A DNA stretch of 64,000 nucleotides from the NCBI GenBank assembly GCA_963796275.1, contig CAWCKY010000003.1, positions 672,001 to 736,000 on the forward strand, written 5' to 3'. The translations under genes and the position numbers were made by a program. Below, piece by piece: positions 24,548 to 35,227 of the stretch. The DNA is from an uncultured Acidobacteriota bacterium. GTDB taxonomy: Bacteria > Acidobacteriota > Blastocatellia > RBC074. The notes beneath the pieces are model-generated. The model saw only the letters and a program-made list of their open reading frames with translations. It ran no database searches and was not told where the DNA came from. Positions within the stretch are counted from its first letter, which is position 1, and the number at the start of each line of letters is the position of its first letter.

Positions 24548-24838
24548 ACTGCGAAAGCATTGTTCTTCATCGAAGCGGGATTTCCGCGATTATCAAGAAA
24601 CCAAGCAACTTATCCGCTCTCTGATTTAGCTTACGCGGAGAGGGCGGCAACTGGATTGCTGTCGTCCGGTTAAAAAAGGAGAGCTCGAGTTGGGGGTCTA
24701 GATCAGAAATCGTATCGGTTTTAGTACGCACCGACTGCGGATTAAAAATAAATTCCGTATGACGGTTTAACTTTTCCCTTACAGTTTTTATAATTCTAAC
24801 GGCACCATCCCCCAGCGAATTGCAATGAGGTTTTCTGC

Positions 24839-26152
24839 ATGGCAGGCGTGATGGCCACAAATCAAAAGATTAGATCGAGTGATTATCGTTACCCTGGAGA
24901 ACACCTCTCGCTCGTACTGACCTTCAGCATTCTTATAACTCTCTATATTCTTGCGGCTATCTTTTTCATCGGGACCTGGTTGTCGACTTTGAATACGTTG
25001 ATGTTAACGTTTGCCGGCCTCACTGTTTACATCGTCACAGTCAAGCTCCAACAACGTTCAGCATTCGGCACCCTGGTTCGAGTCGGCCCACGTCAGTTCC
25101 CCGAACTCTATGATTTAGCCTCGGTTGCTGCCGAACGTTTGTCGACTGGGCCGGTCCCCGTCTATGTCAAACGCTCTTCGGAGATGAACATCTATACTCT
25201 AGGTTTTCGAAAGAAGCATTTGATAGTGCTCACATCGTCATTGGTCGATCAGATGGAGCCCGACAACCTGCAATTCTTCATCGGACGCGAGATTGGTCAC
25301 ATACAGGGAGGTCATACGTGGCTCCGAACCTTTCTCAAACCGCTCGGTTCTGAAGTTCCGGTCATCGGAAGGCTGCTAAATAGCGTTATCTTCGGCGATT
25401 GGGTCAACCGCGCTGAATTGACCGCAGACCGGGCCGGCTTCATCGCGTGCCGGTCATTGACTACATCGGTGAGCACCATGCTCAAGTTCGGCATAGGCAT
25501 CAGGTTGTATGAGAAACTCGATATCAAGGAGTTTCTCGGACAGATCGACGAGGTCCGTAATTTTAGCGGGCATCTGACGGAGATTGTCGCCGAGCAGCCA
25601 TATCTGACTCAGCGAGTGCGTGCACTCGTTCGATTCGCCCTGTCCGACCGTTTCTACGCGCTGGTGCCCGATAAACGGGGTTACACGCAGATACTTGAAG
25701 CGATACCTGCAGCTTTCGTATCAACCGGGTTCGATCTGGCCGAGTTCAAGCCGGGGATTGAAAGAACGATTCATTCTAGAGGGAATGTCCTGACGGTCGC
25801 CGATGAGATTGTAACTGCTGTCGAAGAACCCGATGACCTCGATCCAAGTGAAAATGCGCTTGATCCTCGTATGACGCTGGTTGCGGCGGAGGGCGATTCG
25901 ACATACATTCTTCGACGGCATTTCACGCGCATCGGTCGCAACCACGATAATGACATCGTTCTCAACAGCGACCGGGTGAGCAGGTACCACGCCGAGATCA
26001 TGCGTGAGGGTGACGAGATGAAGGTCGTCGATAAGAAATCGCGCAACGGAGTCTGGCTCAATGGTAGAAGGGTCAATGAATCGGCCGTCATCAAGTCGGG
26101 CGATGTGATACGCATCGGGCGAGAAAACCTCACATACACGGAGAAAGATTGA
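24839..26152 (+). CDS. Membrane-anchored M48-peptidase-like domain fused to a C-terminal FHA domain
   Basis: Two TM helices; QFPELY, GREIGH (HExxH variant), AELTADRAG; FHA motifs IGR...NDI...VSRYHA...SRNGVWLNG...GDVIRIG. Confidence 0.85.
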   Translation: MAGVMATNQKIRSSDYRYPGEHLSLVLTFSILITLYILAAIFFIGTWLSTLNTLMLTFAGLTVYIVTVKLQQRSAFGTLVRVGPRQFPELYDLASVAAERLSTGPVPVYVKRSSEMNIYTLGFRKKHLIVLTSSLVDQMEPDNLQFFIGREIGHIQGGHTWLRTFLKPLGSEVPVIGRLLNSVIFGDWVNRAELTADRAGFIACRSLTTSVSTMLKFGIGIRLYEKLDIKEFLGQIDEVRNFSGHLTEIVAEQPYLTQRVRALVRFALSDRFYALVPDKRGYTQILEAIPAAFVSTGFDLAEFKPGIERTIHSRGNVLTVADEIVTAVEEPDDLDPSENALDPRMTLVAAEGDSTYILRRHFTRIGRNHDNDIVLNSDRVSRYHAEIMREGDEMKVVDKKSRNGVWLNGRRVNESAVIKSGDVIRIGRENLTYTEKD

Positions 26153-26742
26153 AACTGGCACGATCGACTGATTTGGCAGAGAAAATCCGGGTCCTGGCTG
26201 AAGAATCTATTGAAGCCAAGCGGCTCTTTTTCCAAGAATCGGCAGCGGATGTCGCGTTCGCCGCTCAGATGATTATCGAAAAGATGCGCGCGGGCGGGAA
26301 ACTGCTGATATTCGGAAACGGGGGATCGGCCGCCGACGCACAGCACCTCGCAGCCGAGCTGGCGTTCAAGATGGGGCGGGAACGCGCGGCCCTTCCTGCA
26401 TTGGCCCTGACGACCGATACATCGCTCCTGACCGCGATCAGTAATGACCGTTCGTTCGATTTCGTATTCGCGCGGCAGATACAGGCCCTCGGACGCGAGG
26501 GTGATATCGTGCTTGCGATATCGACGAGCGGAAACTCGCCCAATGTTATCGAAGCCGTCAAAGAGGCGCGAGCTTTGGATATCGCGGTCATCGGGTTATT
26601 GGGCGCGGGGGGCGGGGAGGTCGCGAAACTGGTCGATCTCGCCCTGATCGTGCCCAACCGCGATACTCCGCGTATTCAAGAGGTTCATATCGCAATCGGC
26701 CATATCATTTGCCAGTTGATCGAGGATGAGCTTTGTAATTGA
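26149..26742 (+). CDS. gmhA: D-sedoheptulose 7-phosphate isomerase
   Basis: GNGGSAADAQH.AAEL, ISTSGNS.N, RIQEVHI..GH. Confidence 0.95.
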   Translation: MKLARSTDLAEKIRVLAEESIEAKRLFFQESAADVAFAAQMIIEKMRAGGKLLIFGNGGSAADAQHLAAELAFKMGRERAALPALALTTDTSLLTAISNDRSFDFVFARQIQALGREGDIVLAISTSGNSPNVIEAVKEARALDIAVIGLLGAGGGEVAKLVDLALIVPNRDTPRIQEVHIAIGHIICQLIEDELCN

Positions 26743-26822
26743 TAGTTGATAATTGATAGTTGATAGTTCGTATAAATTGTTGCCGTAGTCTATACGAACT
26801 ATCAACTATCAACTATCAACTG
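26737..26822. repeat. Palindromic element with (TTGATAG)n / (CTATCAA)n heptamer arms, copy 1
   Basis: Arms and core gtataaattgttgcc..ag...tacgaac shared with 33352-33458. Confidence 0.85.
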
Positions 26823-26831
26823 TTTTTTTCT

Positions 26832-27794
26832 ATGTCAAATTATCGCCAAAAACCGATCGATCTTTCGCGCATCTCTACTTATCCTCTGGCTTCGCGCCCG
26901 AGTAAAGTTACGGTGCGCGATTTCGCGAGCGCTTTGAGTGATGAGCAAGCGCGGGGCGCCGCCGCATTACTCGATTCGATGCCGCATATTCTCACGGCGG
27001 ATTCAATCCGTGCGGTTGCATCTGAAATCGCACAGGCAAGAGCGAAAAATCGCGCAATCATTTGGGGCATCGGCGGGCACGTGATCAAGACCGGCCTTGC
27101 GCCGATATTGATCGACCTCATGCGGCGAGGGTTTATTACTGCGATAGCTATGAACGGTTCGGGCGTGATTCACGATTTTGAGATCGCGATTGCGGGTTGG
27201 ACTTCTGAAGATGTCGAAAGTGGGCTGGCTACCGGAGAGTTCGGAATGGCAGATGAGACGGGGCGACTGATAAACGAAGCGATCAAACGCGGTTTCAAAG
27301 ATGACTGTGGGATCGGCGAATCGGTAGGATGCGCACTGGCCGACCTTAATCCCCAGTACCGACAATTTTCGCTTCTCCACGAAGCTTATAAGGCGCGAAT
27401 CCCGATCACGGCGCACATCACTATCGGTGCGGATATCGTTCACATCCATCCGGAGGCTGACGGCGCCGCCATCGGTGCGGCGTCATATCGCGATTTTCTC
27501 TTATTCACCTCGCTCGTTAAAGAGCTCGATGGCGGCGGGATATATCTCAACGTGGGCTCGGCGGTGACGATGCCGGAAGTCTTTTTGAAAGCCGTGACCG
27601 TCGTGCGAAACCTGGGCCATTCGCTAAAAGATTTCACGACGGCCAATTTCGATTTCATTCAGCATTACCGGCCATCGGCCAACGTAGTGCGAAGACCAGT
27701 GGCCAATGGCGCGGGGCGCGGATATAGCATCACAGGGCATCACGAGATTATGATCCCGCTTTTGTCGGCGGCGGTAATTAATTGTGCGAATTAA
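26832..27794 (+). CDS. Deoxyhypusine-synthase-like fold protein (GSU2086-like), function unknown
   Basis: R.SKV, GGHVIK.GL, HDFEIA..G.TSEDV, IG.DI.H.HP, N.GSAV..PEVFLKA, GHHEIM.PLL; start ATG 26832. Confidence 0.7.
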   Translation: MSNYRQKPIDLSRISTYPLASRPSKVTVRDFASALSDEQARGAAALLDSMPHILTADSIRAVASEIAQARAKNRAIIWGIGGHVIKTGLAPILIDLMRRGFITAIAMNGSGVIHDFEIAIAGWTSEDVESGLATGEFGMADETGRLINEAIKRGFKDDCGIGESVGCALADLNPQYRQFSLLHEAYKARIPITAHITIGADIVHIHPEADGAAIGAASYRDFLLFTSLVKELDGGGIYLNVGSAVTMPEVFLKAVTVVRNLGHSLKDFTTANFDFIQHYRPSANVVRRPVANGAGRGYSITGHHEIMIPLLSAAVINCAN

Positions 27795-27841
27795 AGTCCA
27801 ACACTTTGATCTGTAAGTTTTTGTGGTTCTGCCGCTCAAAG

Positions 27842-29431
27842 TCAGCGAAATATCTCAACGGCTTCATCCGCAGGCAAATAAGCGCCCTGCAATCTAACCG
27901 GCACACCCAAGTCCTTGAACAACAGTTCACCTCTGCCCGTCAGGTTTTCGGCTCCGGCAAAATTGAGAAGCATCTTCGATTCCGTCGCTTTCTGCATCTT
28001 CATCGCTATGCGTGCCGGGATGTTGAAATCGACCACGCCGCGTATGATTTCACGGCTGGGTTGGCTCGTGGCCACTATCAAATGGATCCCCACGGTGAAC
28101 GCCTTCTGGCCAAGTTTAACGATCTGCCGCTCTATCGCCTGACGGTTTTTGCGGTCGGACGCAATCAAATCCGCATACTCGTCACAGATGCAGAATATCC
28201 TCGGGATCGGCTTCTTCTTTAGATGAATATATCCGGTCAGTGAGTCCTGCCCGGTTTCCGCCAACATTTTATAGCGCCGTTCCATCACATCGACGAGTTT
28301 GGAAAGCGCCTTGGCGACTGGCTGTTCATCCGGGTAGATAATCGGGGAGAGAAGAAATGGTGAGTTGCGCAGGTCTTCAAAGGCGCTTCGCTTCGGATCG
28401 ATAATCAGTAGACGCATCGTTGCCGGAGTGTTTGTCACGATCAGCCCGGCGATCGCGGCACGCAGCCATTCGGTTTTGCCGCTGCCGGCCATTCCAGCTA
28501 TGAGAATGTGAGCATCTTCGGGCTGCGCGAAGTCAATCAACCGTAATTGGCCCGCGCGGTCGATGCCGAGCGGCGCCTTTGAACTACCGACCAGATTATC
28601 GGATTTTGGCAGTTGTGTCCGAATCGTCGAGAAGAGCAGCTGTTCTGAACGCGCTACTCCGGCCAATCTGCCGATCAGGCTCTTGAGGTATGGTTCGGCC
28701 AGTGCCATTTCAACCGCCGAGATCAGGCGTTCCTGGCGCTGCGGGCCGAAGGATACGAGGGAAAGCCCGCCGGATGAGCGCTCACCTGCGGCAGTAAGCA
28801 ACCGATGATAAAGACAGGCATATACGAGGTCAGACGGAGGGGCAGATTGCCCCGATTGTCCTGATTGCCCCGATTGCGCAGACTGCGCCTTATCTCCCGA
28901 TTGCTCCGTTTTGAGTTCTACCACACACCATCGGTTTGTGCCGGGGATTTGCAGGATCGCATCGGTGCCTCCGGTCAAATGCACGTCATCACGCCAATCG
29001 GGTTGGCCGAGCTCCCAGACGAACGGATGCCCGGCTCGCAGAATTTCAGCGAGCGCCAATTCCTCGTCGCCGAGCTCTTGCTGCCAGAGAAGGTCAGCCA
29101 GCCAATAACACATCTCCTGCGTTGCATCCCAGAGGTTCAGGACGTGATCGGTGTCGTGTTGAAGGACGACTTGGTGACGGAGTAAGCGGGGGGCGAATAG
29201 TTTCTGATAGGTATGCCTGACGAGCGCTCGCCGCCATTCATCGATATCCGGTTCAGCGTCTACGATCGCCGCGCGAAAATTGAGCGATGGGTCAGGGCCA
29301 ACGAGGGCCGCGAAGACCTCGTGAAATAAACGGTCGAGAAGAATAACTGCAGGTATGCCATCGCCATTCAAGCCCACCGAAGCACGTAAGATCGCAGCAT
29401 GCACATCGCAAACCTGCAAAGCGGTTGCCAA
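27842..29431 (-). CDS. PD-(D/E)xK nuclease-like domain fused to an FtsK/SpoIIIE ATPase domain
   Basis: GAGGAGGTG RBS; G.TD...VVELKT; HILIAGMAGSGKT, IIDPK, CDEYADL, GIHLIVAT, GAENL.GRG. Confidence 0.8.
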   Translation of the reverse strand: MATALQVCDVHAAILRASVGLNGDGIPAVILLDRLFHEVFAALVGPDPSLNFRAAIVDAEPDIDEWRRALVRHTYQKLFAPRLLRHQVVLQHDTDHVLNLWDATQEMCYWLADLLWQQELGDEELALAEILRAGHPFVWELGQPDWRDDVHLTGGTDAILQIPGTNRWCVVELKTEQSGDKAQSAQSGQSGQSGQSAPPSDLVYACLYHRLLTAAGERSSGGLSLVSFGPQRQERLISAVEMALAEPYLKSLIGRLAGVARSEQLLFSTIRTQLPKSDNLVGSSKAPLGIDRAGQLRLIDFAQPEDAHILIAGMAGSGKTEWLRAAIAGLIVTNTPATMRLLIIDPKRSAFEDLRNSPFLLSPIIYPDEQPVAKALSKLVDVMERRYKMLAETGQDSLTGYIHLKKKPIPRIFCICDEYADLIASDRKNRQAIERQIVKLGQKAFTVGIHLIVATSQPSREIIRGVVDFNIPARIAMKMQKATESKMLLNFAGAENLTGRGELLFKDLGVPVRLQGAYLPADEAVEIFR

Positions 29432-29452
29432 AAAAACACCTCCTCAGGAAAT

Positions 29453-29528
29453 AGTTTTCAGTTTTCAGTTTTCAGTTTTCAGTCGCCGATTGAGACTGCC
29501 CAACTGAAACCTAAAAACTAAAAACTAA
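29453..29528. repeat. Heptamer repeats (AGTTTTC)4 with inverted arm
   Basis: agttttcagttttcagttttcagttttcagt ... actgaaacctaaaaactaaaaactaa. Confidence 0.75.
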
Positions 29529-31540
29529 TCACTTCTCTCATCGTCGACCACTAGCATTGTGGGCTGAAATATCACGGCCGGCGGTCCGTTGAGCAGGCCG
29601 AAACGTTCGGGATAACGGCGCGCACAGTCCTTTAGTTCATCTTCATTCCGGTCGAGTTTGCAGGCTGCATCAGCAACCGATACGAGATGATGGTTATGCA
29701 GCAACTCGCCGATGTCTTCGCAGAGATTAAAATCATCATTTGCCGTTTTATCCTGTGAGGTTATCGTCTCGGGCAACAGGTTGTCTAATAGTTCACGCAA
29801 TGGGGGAAATTTCATATTGAGATGCGCTGCGAGCCACTCTTGAACCATAGCGGGAGATACCGTTTCGCCGCCATTGGATAGATCGCCCGCTTTGGCGTCC
29901 GACCATATCCCCCTGAGGGTATCGAGCGCGGCAAGCATTGCCGCAGAAGCGCTGATCCATCGGAAACCCTGGGCCACCAGTTGCTCCCGATGCTCTCTCG
30001 TCTTCTTCGCATTTGTCGCAATGGGCAACCGGGCGTCGCGTATGAGAATGAAATTCTCGTGGGTCGTCTCCTCGAGCACCTCCTCTTTGACCTGCTCGCG
30101 TAAACGCCGCAGGCGGCCCGCAAGATTCGTCATATTTCGCTGGTTGCAGAGGCAGATGCTGATGCGACCGCGCGGGTTTTCGAAGACGAGATCGGCGTCT
30201 CCTATCCGGGCGGTTGCTTTGAGCTCCCAATCCTGGTTGAGCAGGCGCAACAGGAGCGGTAATCCGTGCGTCAGTATCTGATCGGTATATTCCACCGATG
30301 CGGCTGCCGCAGTGCGATCGAGACGCATATCGATTGCGCCCGCCAGAAAATCTTCGAGCGGTGGCTTGGATTTGAATAGTTCGGGGCGCATTGCGGCTTC
30401 GAATTTTTCTGCGCAGAACGATAGCATTTCACGCGGCGTGTACTTGTTGCGACGCAACGCTTCACGGATATCCGTGCGGCGCAAAGGCCAGAATCGGCCA
30501 GGTTTGGATCGTCGCAGTTGGCTGATTTCCGGGGTGGAATTGAGCCGCGCTTCTACCAGGCGCTCGGCCTGATCAGGCAGCAATGGTGCCAGCAGGCGGG
30601 AGCCGGATTCGACCAATCGGTCGCGATCCGAACTGATGAGCAACTGCTCCAGTTTCAAATAGAACTGCGTCAGGATGCATGAAATGATCAGGATATTTTG
30701 AGTGCTGTCGTGCAGATAGCTGGCCATTTGGCCGAATTTCAGCAGACCCTCGAGGTCATCGGGGTGGGACTGCAGCGCTTCCACCTGATCGAAACAGAAT
30801 ACGAGCGGCATCTCCGGGCCGGTTAACCGGGTCAGGCTCAGGACGACGCGCCGCGCCCGGTCTTCAACCTCATCATCCTGTTCAATATTCACCTCGAGCC
30901 GGCTGAGCGCGGCCTCCGGCAATGACTCGCCCCTCAACCACGCGCGCGCATCGCGGCGATGGCGGCCCAGGAGCAGATGGCTCAAAACCGTCATGAGGTC
31001 GCGGTCATTGATGAGTAACTGTTGATCGAGACGGTCGAGCGCCTCCTCAATCTCTTCAGCGGCGCCAGGCGATGTCTTGACGCGGCTCCGCAACCCTTCG
31101 AGCCACGCCCACGGTTCGCCGATTTCAGGATAGACATCGAGGATGCGCGGCAGCAGTATCCGCTCGAGCTGCGAACGCCCGTCGGTAGTGAGCCGCAGAA
31201 GATCTTCACCGAAGCGGTTGCGCAGATGACGCCAAATCATCTGCGGGCTGGTCTGCAACCTAACGGAGACGAAGACGGCCGGCGGGGCGGGGCCGTATGC
31301 CGTCAACAGACCAGCCAGATAAGCCTGTAATCTGGCCAGCAGATGTGTTTTGCCGCTGCCGGCTTCACCATAGAAAAGGACCGAAGTCGAAAGTTTTTTC
31401 GAACGCACGTGTTCCAGCGCGCGGCAGCAGAGATCGAACGCATCCTGGTGGATCTCGGCTACATCGACGACATCCCAATTCCAGGGATCAGCGACGATAG
31501 CGCTGCGGAAAGGATTCGTTATGGAGACGCCAGAATTCAT
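29525..31540 (-). CDS. Large P-loop ATPase (AAA+/BrxD-like)
   Basis: N-terminal NPF; Walker A GEAGSGKT; AWLRGE; Walker B VFCFDQVE. Confidence 0.8.
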   Translation of the reverse strand: MNSGVSITNPFRSAIVADPWNWDVVDVAEIHQDAFDLCCRALEHVRSKKLSTSVLFYGEAGSGKTHLLARLQAYLAGLLTAYGPAPPAVFVSVRLQTSPQMIWRHLRNRFGEDLLRLTTDGRSQLERILLPRILDVYPEIGEPWAWLEGLRSRVKTSPGAAEEIEEALDRLDQQLLINDRDLMTVLSHLLLGRHRRDARAWLRGESLPEAALSRLEVNIEQDDEVEDRARRVVLSLTRLTGPEMPLVFCFDQVEALQSHPDDLEGLLKFGQMASYLHDSTQNILIISCILTQFYLKLEQLLISSDRDRLVESGSRLLAPLLPDQAERLVEARLNSTPEISQLRRSKPGRFWPLRRTDIREALRRNKYTPREMLSFCAEKFEAAMRPELFKSKPPLEDFLAGAIDMRLDRTAAAASVEYTDQILTHGLPLLLRLLNQDWELKATARIGDADLVFENPRGRISICLCNQRNMTNLAGRLRRLREQVKEEVLEETTHENFILIRDARLPIATNAKKTREHREQLVAQGFRWISASAAMLAALDTLRGIWSDAKAGDLSNGGETVSPAMVQEWLAAHLNMKFPPLRELLDNLLPETITSQDKTANDDFNLCEDIGELLHNHHLVSVADAACKLDRNEDELKDCARRYPERFGLLNGPPAVIFQPTMLVVDDERSD

Positions 31541-32397
31541 CTTAACGCGATACCTATATAATAATTATTCCATTCATCGGCGACCAATTGCGCCCGCTCC
31601 TGATCGCCGAGGCGAAAGGGGAAATTGTGCCTCTGGAGAGAGACGCGATTTTCCTCGGCCAGTCTGAGCACGGTGCGGTCAAAACTGGCTTTGTCCCATC
31701 CCTCATTCTGCAAGGAACGCCATAGCTGATCGAGCGGAACCAGTTCTCCCTGGGCGGCGGCGAGTTTGATTCGCATTATCTGCGCCAGCAGCTTCTCGCT
31801 CATATCTTTTTGCGAGAGAGGTTTTTTTAATTGCGTGACAGGCAGCGTGCGCGCTGCATAAAGGACCTCATCGGCCGGGAGTCCGAGTTTCTTCCCGATC
31901 TTTTTGATGGCGTCCTGAACGTAATCGCACGGATCGGGAGGTTGTCTGCCGAATCGTGTAGTACGTCCGCCGAGGAATGGGGGTAAAACTTTGACGAGTT
32001 TCTCCTGCCTGAGACGCTTGAGGAGCTCAATTTGCCGCCGCTCATCGTATCCCTTCAGTTTCGCCTTCAATCTTTTCAACAACTCGGCCTGCGTGCGCGG
32101 GCGCTGCTCGAGGAGATCGAGCATTGTCTCGCGGGCATAATCCTCGAAGCTGCGCGACCAATAGCGCGGTTGTTTGCTAGGAGCTTTAGGCGCGAAGCGA
32201 TAGATGGTGCCGCCAGAGACGAGCTCTTCGAGCAATAGAGCGAGCTTATCCGCAGGAAGTTTGAACGGGCCCGTCAGCCGGTCGCGAAGCTGCTGAACGG
32301 TAACGGGTTCGGCCGCCTCCGTGAGCGCTTTCGCGACCACTGCGATCTCAATCGATGGGTCTGCCAGGGGATGAGTGGTGGCGGATGACATTTTCAT
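31537..32397 (-). CDS. Basic hypothetical protein, probably tandem winged-helix domains
   Basis: K/R-rich helical repeats; stop overlaps the ATPase start (ATGA); start likely ATG 32397 or 32391. Confidence 0.65.
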   Translation of the reverse strand: MKMSSATTHPLADPSIEIAVVAKALTEAAEPVTVQQLRDRLTGPFKLPADKLALLLEELVSGGTIYRFAPKAPSKQPRYWSRSFEDYARETMLDLLEQRPRTQAELLKRLKAKLKGYDERRQIELLKRLRQEKLVKVLPPFLGGRTTRFGRQPPDPCDYVQDAIKKIGKKLGLPADEVLYAARTLPVTQLKKPLSQKDMSEKLLAQIMRIKLAAAQGELVPLDQLWRSLQNEGWDKASFDRTVLRLAEENRVSLQRHNFPFRLGDQERAQLVADEWNNYYIGIALR

Positions 32398-32525
32398 TAT
32401 CGTCTCGGGTCGCTTGCCTGCTAGGGGAGAGAACCGTGACCGTTCTTCCAAATGCAAGCGCGGCTGTTTACAGCGAGCAAGAGCATAGCATTGACGGGGA
32501 AGTCAGGCAAATTTATAGTTCACCC

Positions 32526-33344
<819 letters not shown>

Positions 33345-33351
33345 GGATGCG

Positions 33352-33458
33352 GTTAATAGTTGAAAGTTGATAGTTGAAAGTTGATAGTTTGTATAAATTG
33401 TTGCCACAGTGTTTACGAACTATCAACTATCAGCTTTCAATTATCAATTATCAACTAT
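33352..33458. repeat. Palindromic heptamer-armed element, copy 2
   Basis: Same arms and core as 26737-26822. Confidence 0.85.
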
Positions 33459-33479
33459 TGGTATCACCTGTAGCCTTTT

Positions 33480-34394
33480 ATGATCGCGAAAACGCGATCC
33501 GCAAATAAAGGGGTTTTGTCAGTGTCAACACTTGATCTCAAGACTGTAGGTGTATTCGTCGGGCCGCAAAAGCCGGAAGCCCTCGCCGTCGTGCGTGATT
33601 TGCAGAAATGGTGCGAGCGGCGCGGGATTGAATTGCGCACGGTCGGGACGAGCCTGCAGGAGATGGATTGCACCCCTCTCGCGCAGGAGAATGGGGAACT
33701 CGCCGAAGATGTCGATCTCTTCGTTGTGCTGGGAGGTGACGGAACGATACTTGGCGCGGCGCGCCTCGTCGGCGCGCGCCGTATTCCCGTGCTCGGAGTA
33801 AATTTCGGATGGCTCGGATATTTGACCGAGTTCACTCTTGATGAGTTGTTTCAGGCGCTCGACGGCGTCCGCAACGGAGATTTTTCGGTCGATTGCCGAA
33901 TGATGCTCGACGTGATTCTCGAGCGTGACGGGCGGGCCATCGCCACGTATCGCGCCTTGAACGATGCTGTTATTAATAAAGGCGCGCCGGTTCGTATGAT
34001 CGAACTAGACTGCTATATTGACGGGATGTTCGTCAGCAGTTTTAGGGCGGACGGCATGATCGTTGCTACGCCAACCGGTTCAACTGCCTACTCGCTCTCG
34101 GCCGGCGGCCCGATCGTTCACCCGAGCATGTCAGCCATCCTTCTCACTCCCATTTGTCCCCATATGCTCTCGAACAGGCCCGTCGTCGTTCCAGGCGAGA
34201 GCCTCATCGAGGTTGTCTTCAAGAGAGCGGGGGAAGGTCTGATGTTGACCGTAGACGGTCAGATCGCCATCAGCCTTCTTCCCGATGACAGGGTCTCGAT
34301 TGTCCAAAGCGAATCTAAGTTCGAGCTCGTGCGGCCGACAAATCGTAATTATTTCGAGGTGCTTAAAACTAAGTTGAAGTGGGGAAACATGTGA
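33480..34394 (+). CDS. nadK: NAD kinase
   Basis: LGGDGT, ALND, DG..VATPTGSTAYSLSAGGP. Confidence 0.96.
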   Translation: MIAKTRSANKGVLSVSTLDLKTVGVFVGPQKPEALAVVRDLQKWCERRGIELRTVGTSLQEMDCTPLAQENGELAEDVDLFVVLGGDGTILGAARLVGARRIPVLGVNFGWLGYLTEFTLDELFQALDGVRNGDFSVDCRMMLDVILERDGRAIATYRALNDAVINKGAPVRMIELDCYIDGMFVSSFRADGMIVATPTGSTAYSLSAGGPIVHPSMSAILLTPICPHMLSNRPVVVPGESLIEVVFKRAGEGLMLTVDGQIAISLLPDDRVSIVQSESKFELVRPTNRNYFEVLKTKLKWGNM

Positions 34395-34477
34395 TTTTTG
34401 ACGGCGGATTGCGGATTGGCATCGGATGAGGCCGTACGCATATGCGCAATCGGCATTCCGCATCGAAGGAGGGTTGT

Positions 34478-35179
34478 ATGCTGTTTCCGGTCGGCGATGA
34501 TAATACGGGGCGGGGGATTACACCCTTTGTCAATTATCTTTTAATAGCAATCAATCTGTTGGTATTTTTCTTTCTGCAATCGAGCGAGGCATTCACGCTT
34601 GGATACAGCGTGGTACCAGCGGAGATTACACATGGCGAAGACATAGTCCGCCTTGGAAACTCCAGGTTGAAACTCTACCCCGGACCATCGCCCATCTATT
34701 TGACCCTCTTCTCCGCGATGTTTATGCACGGTGGAATAGCCCATCTTCTGGGAAATATGCTCTATCTATGGATCTTCGGCGACAACGTCGAGGACCGGAT
34801 GGGTCATCTGAAATATCTGATCTTCTACGTTATCTGCGGACTGCTGGCGAGCGCGGCGCACATCTTTTTCGCGCCGAACTCGATCATTCCGTCTCTCGGC
34901 GCTTCCGGCGCTATTGCCGGGGTACTGGGTGCTTATCTTGTCCTCTTTCCAGCTCAGGGCGTGAGGGTCTTCTTTTTCGGCGGCATCGTCGTACTACCCG
35001 CGCTCATCGTCATTGGAATCTGGGGATTGATGCAATTCTACAGCGGATTCGGCTCGCTGGGGAGAATCGGGGAGAGCGGCGGGGTGGCCTATATGGCTCA
35101 TATCGGTGGCTTCGTCGCAGGGATATTATTGGTCTTCCTATTTCGTAGACCGCCCGCGAAGGTGCCTCGATATGAATAG
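34478..35179 (+). CDS. Rhomboid family intramembrane serine protease
   Basis: F.HGG..HLLGNM, GASGA, AY.AHIGGF; GGAGG before ATG 34478. Confidence 0.93.
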   Translation: MLFPVGDDNTGRGITPFVNYLLIAINLLVFFFLQSSEAFTLGYSVVPAEITHGEDIVRLGNSRLKLYPGPSPIYLTLFSAMFMHGGIAHLLGNMLYLWIFGDNVEDRMGHLKYLIFYVICGLLASAAHIFFAPNSIIPSLGASGAIAGVLGAYLVLFPAQGVRVFFFGGIVVLPALIVIGIWGLMQFYSGFGSLGRIGESGGVAYMAHIGGFVAGILLVFLFRRPPAKVPRYE

Positions 35180-35227
35180 TTTCGCTGAAATCCGTGGTTC
35201 ACTCATGCGCGAGTGTCACAGCAATTT

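Noticed and set aside
27842-29431. Housekeeping cell-division ftsK
   Set aside because: No N-terminal TM domain or gamma domain, and it is fused to a nuclease-like domain.
27842-32397. Calling the cassette BREX
   Set aside because: No PglZ, PglX methyltransferase or BrxC; only a loose ATPase resemblance.
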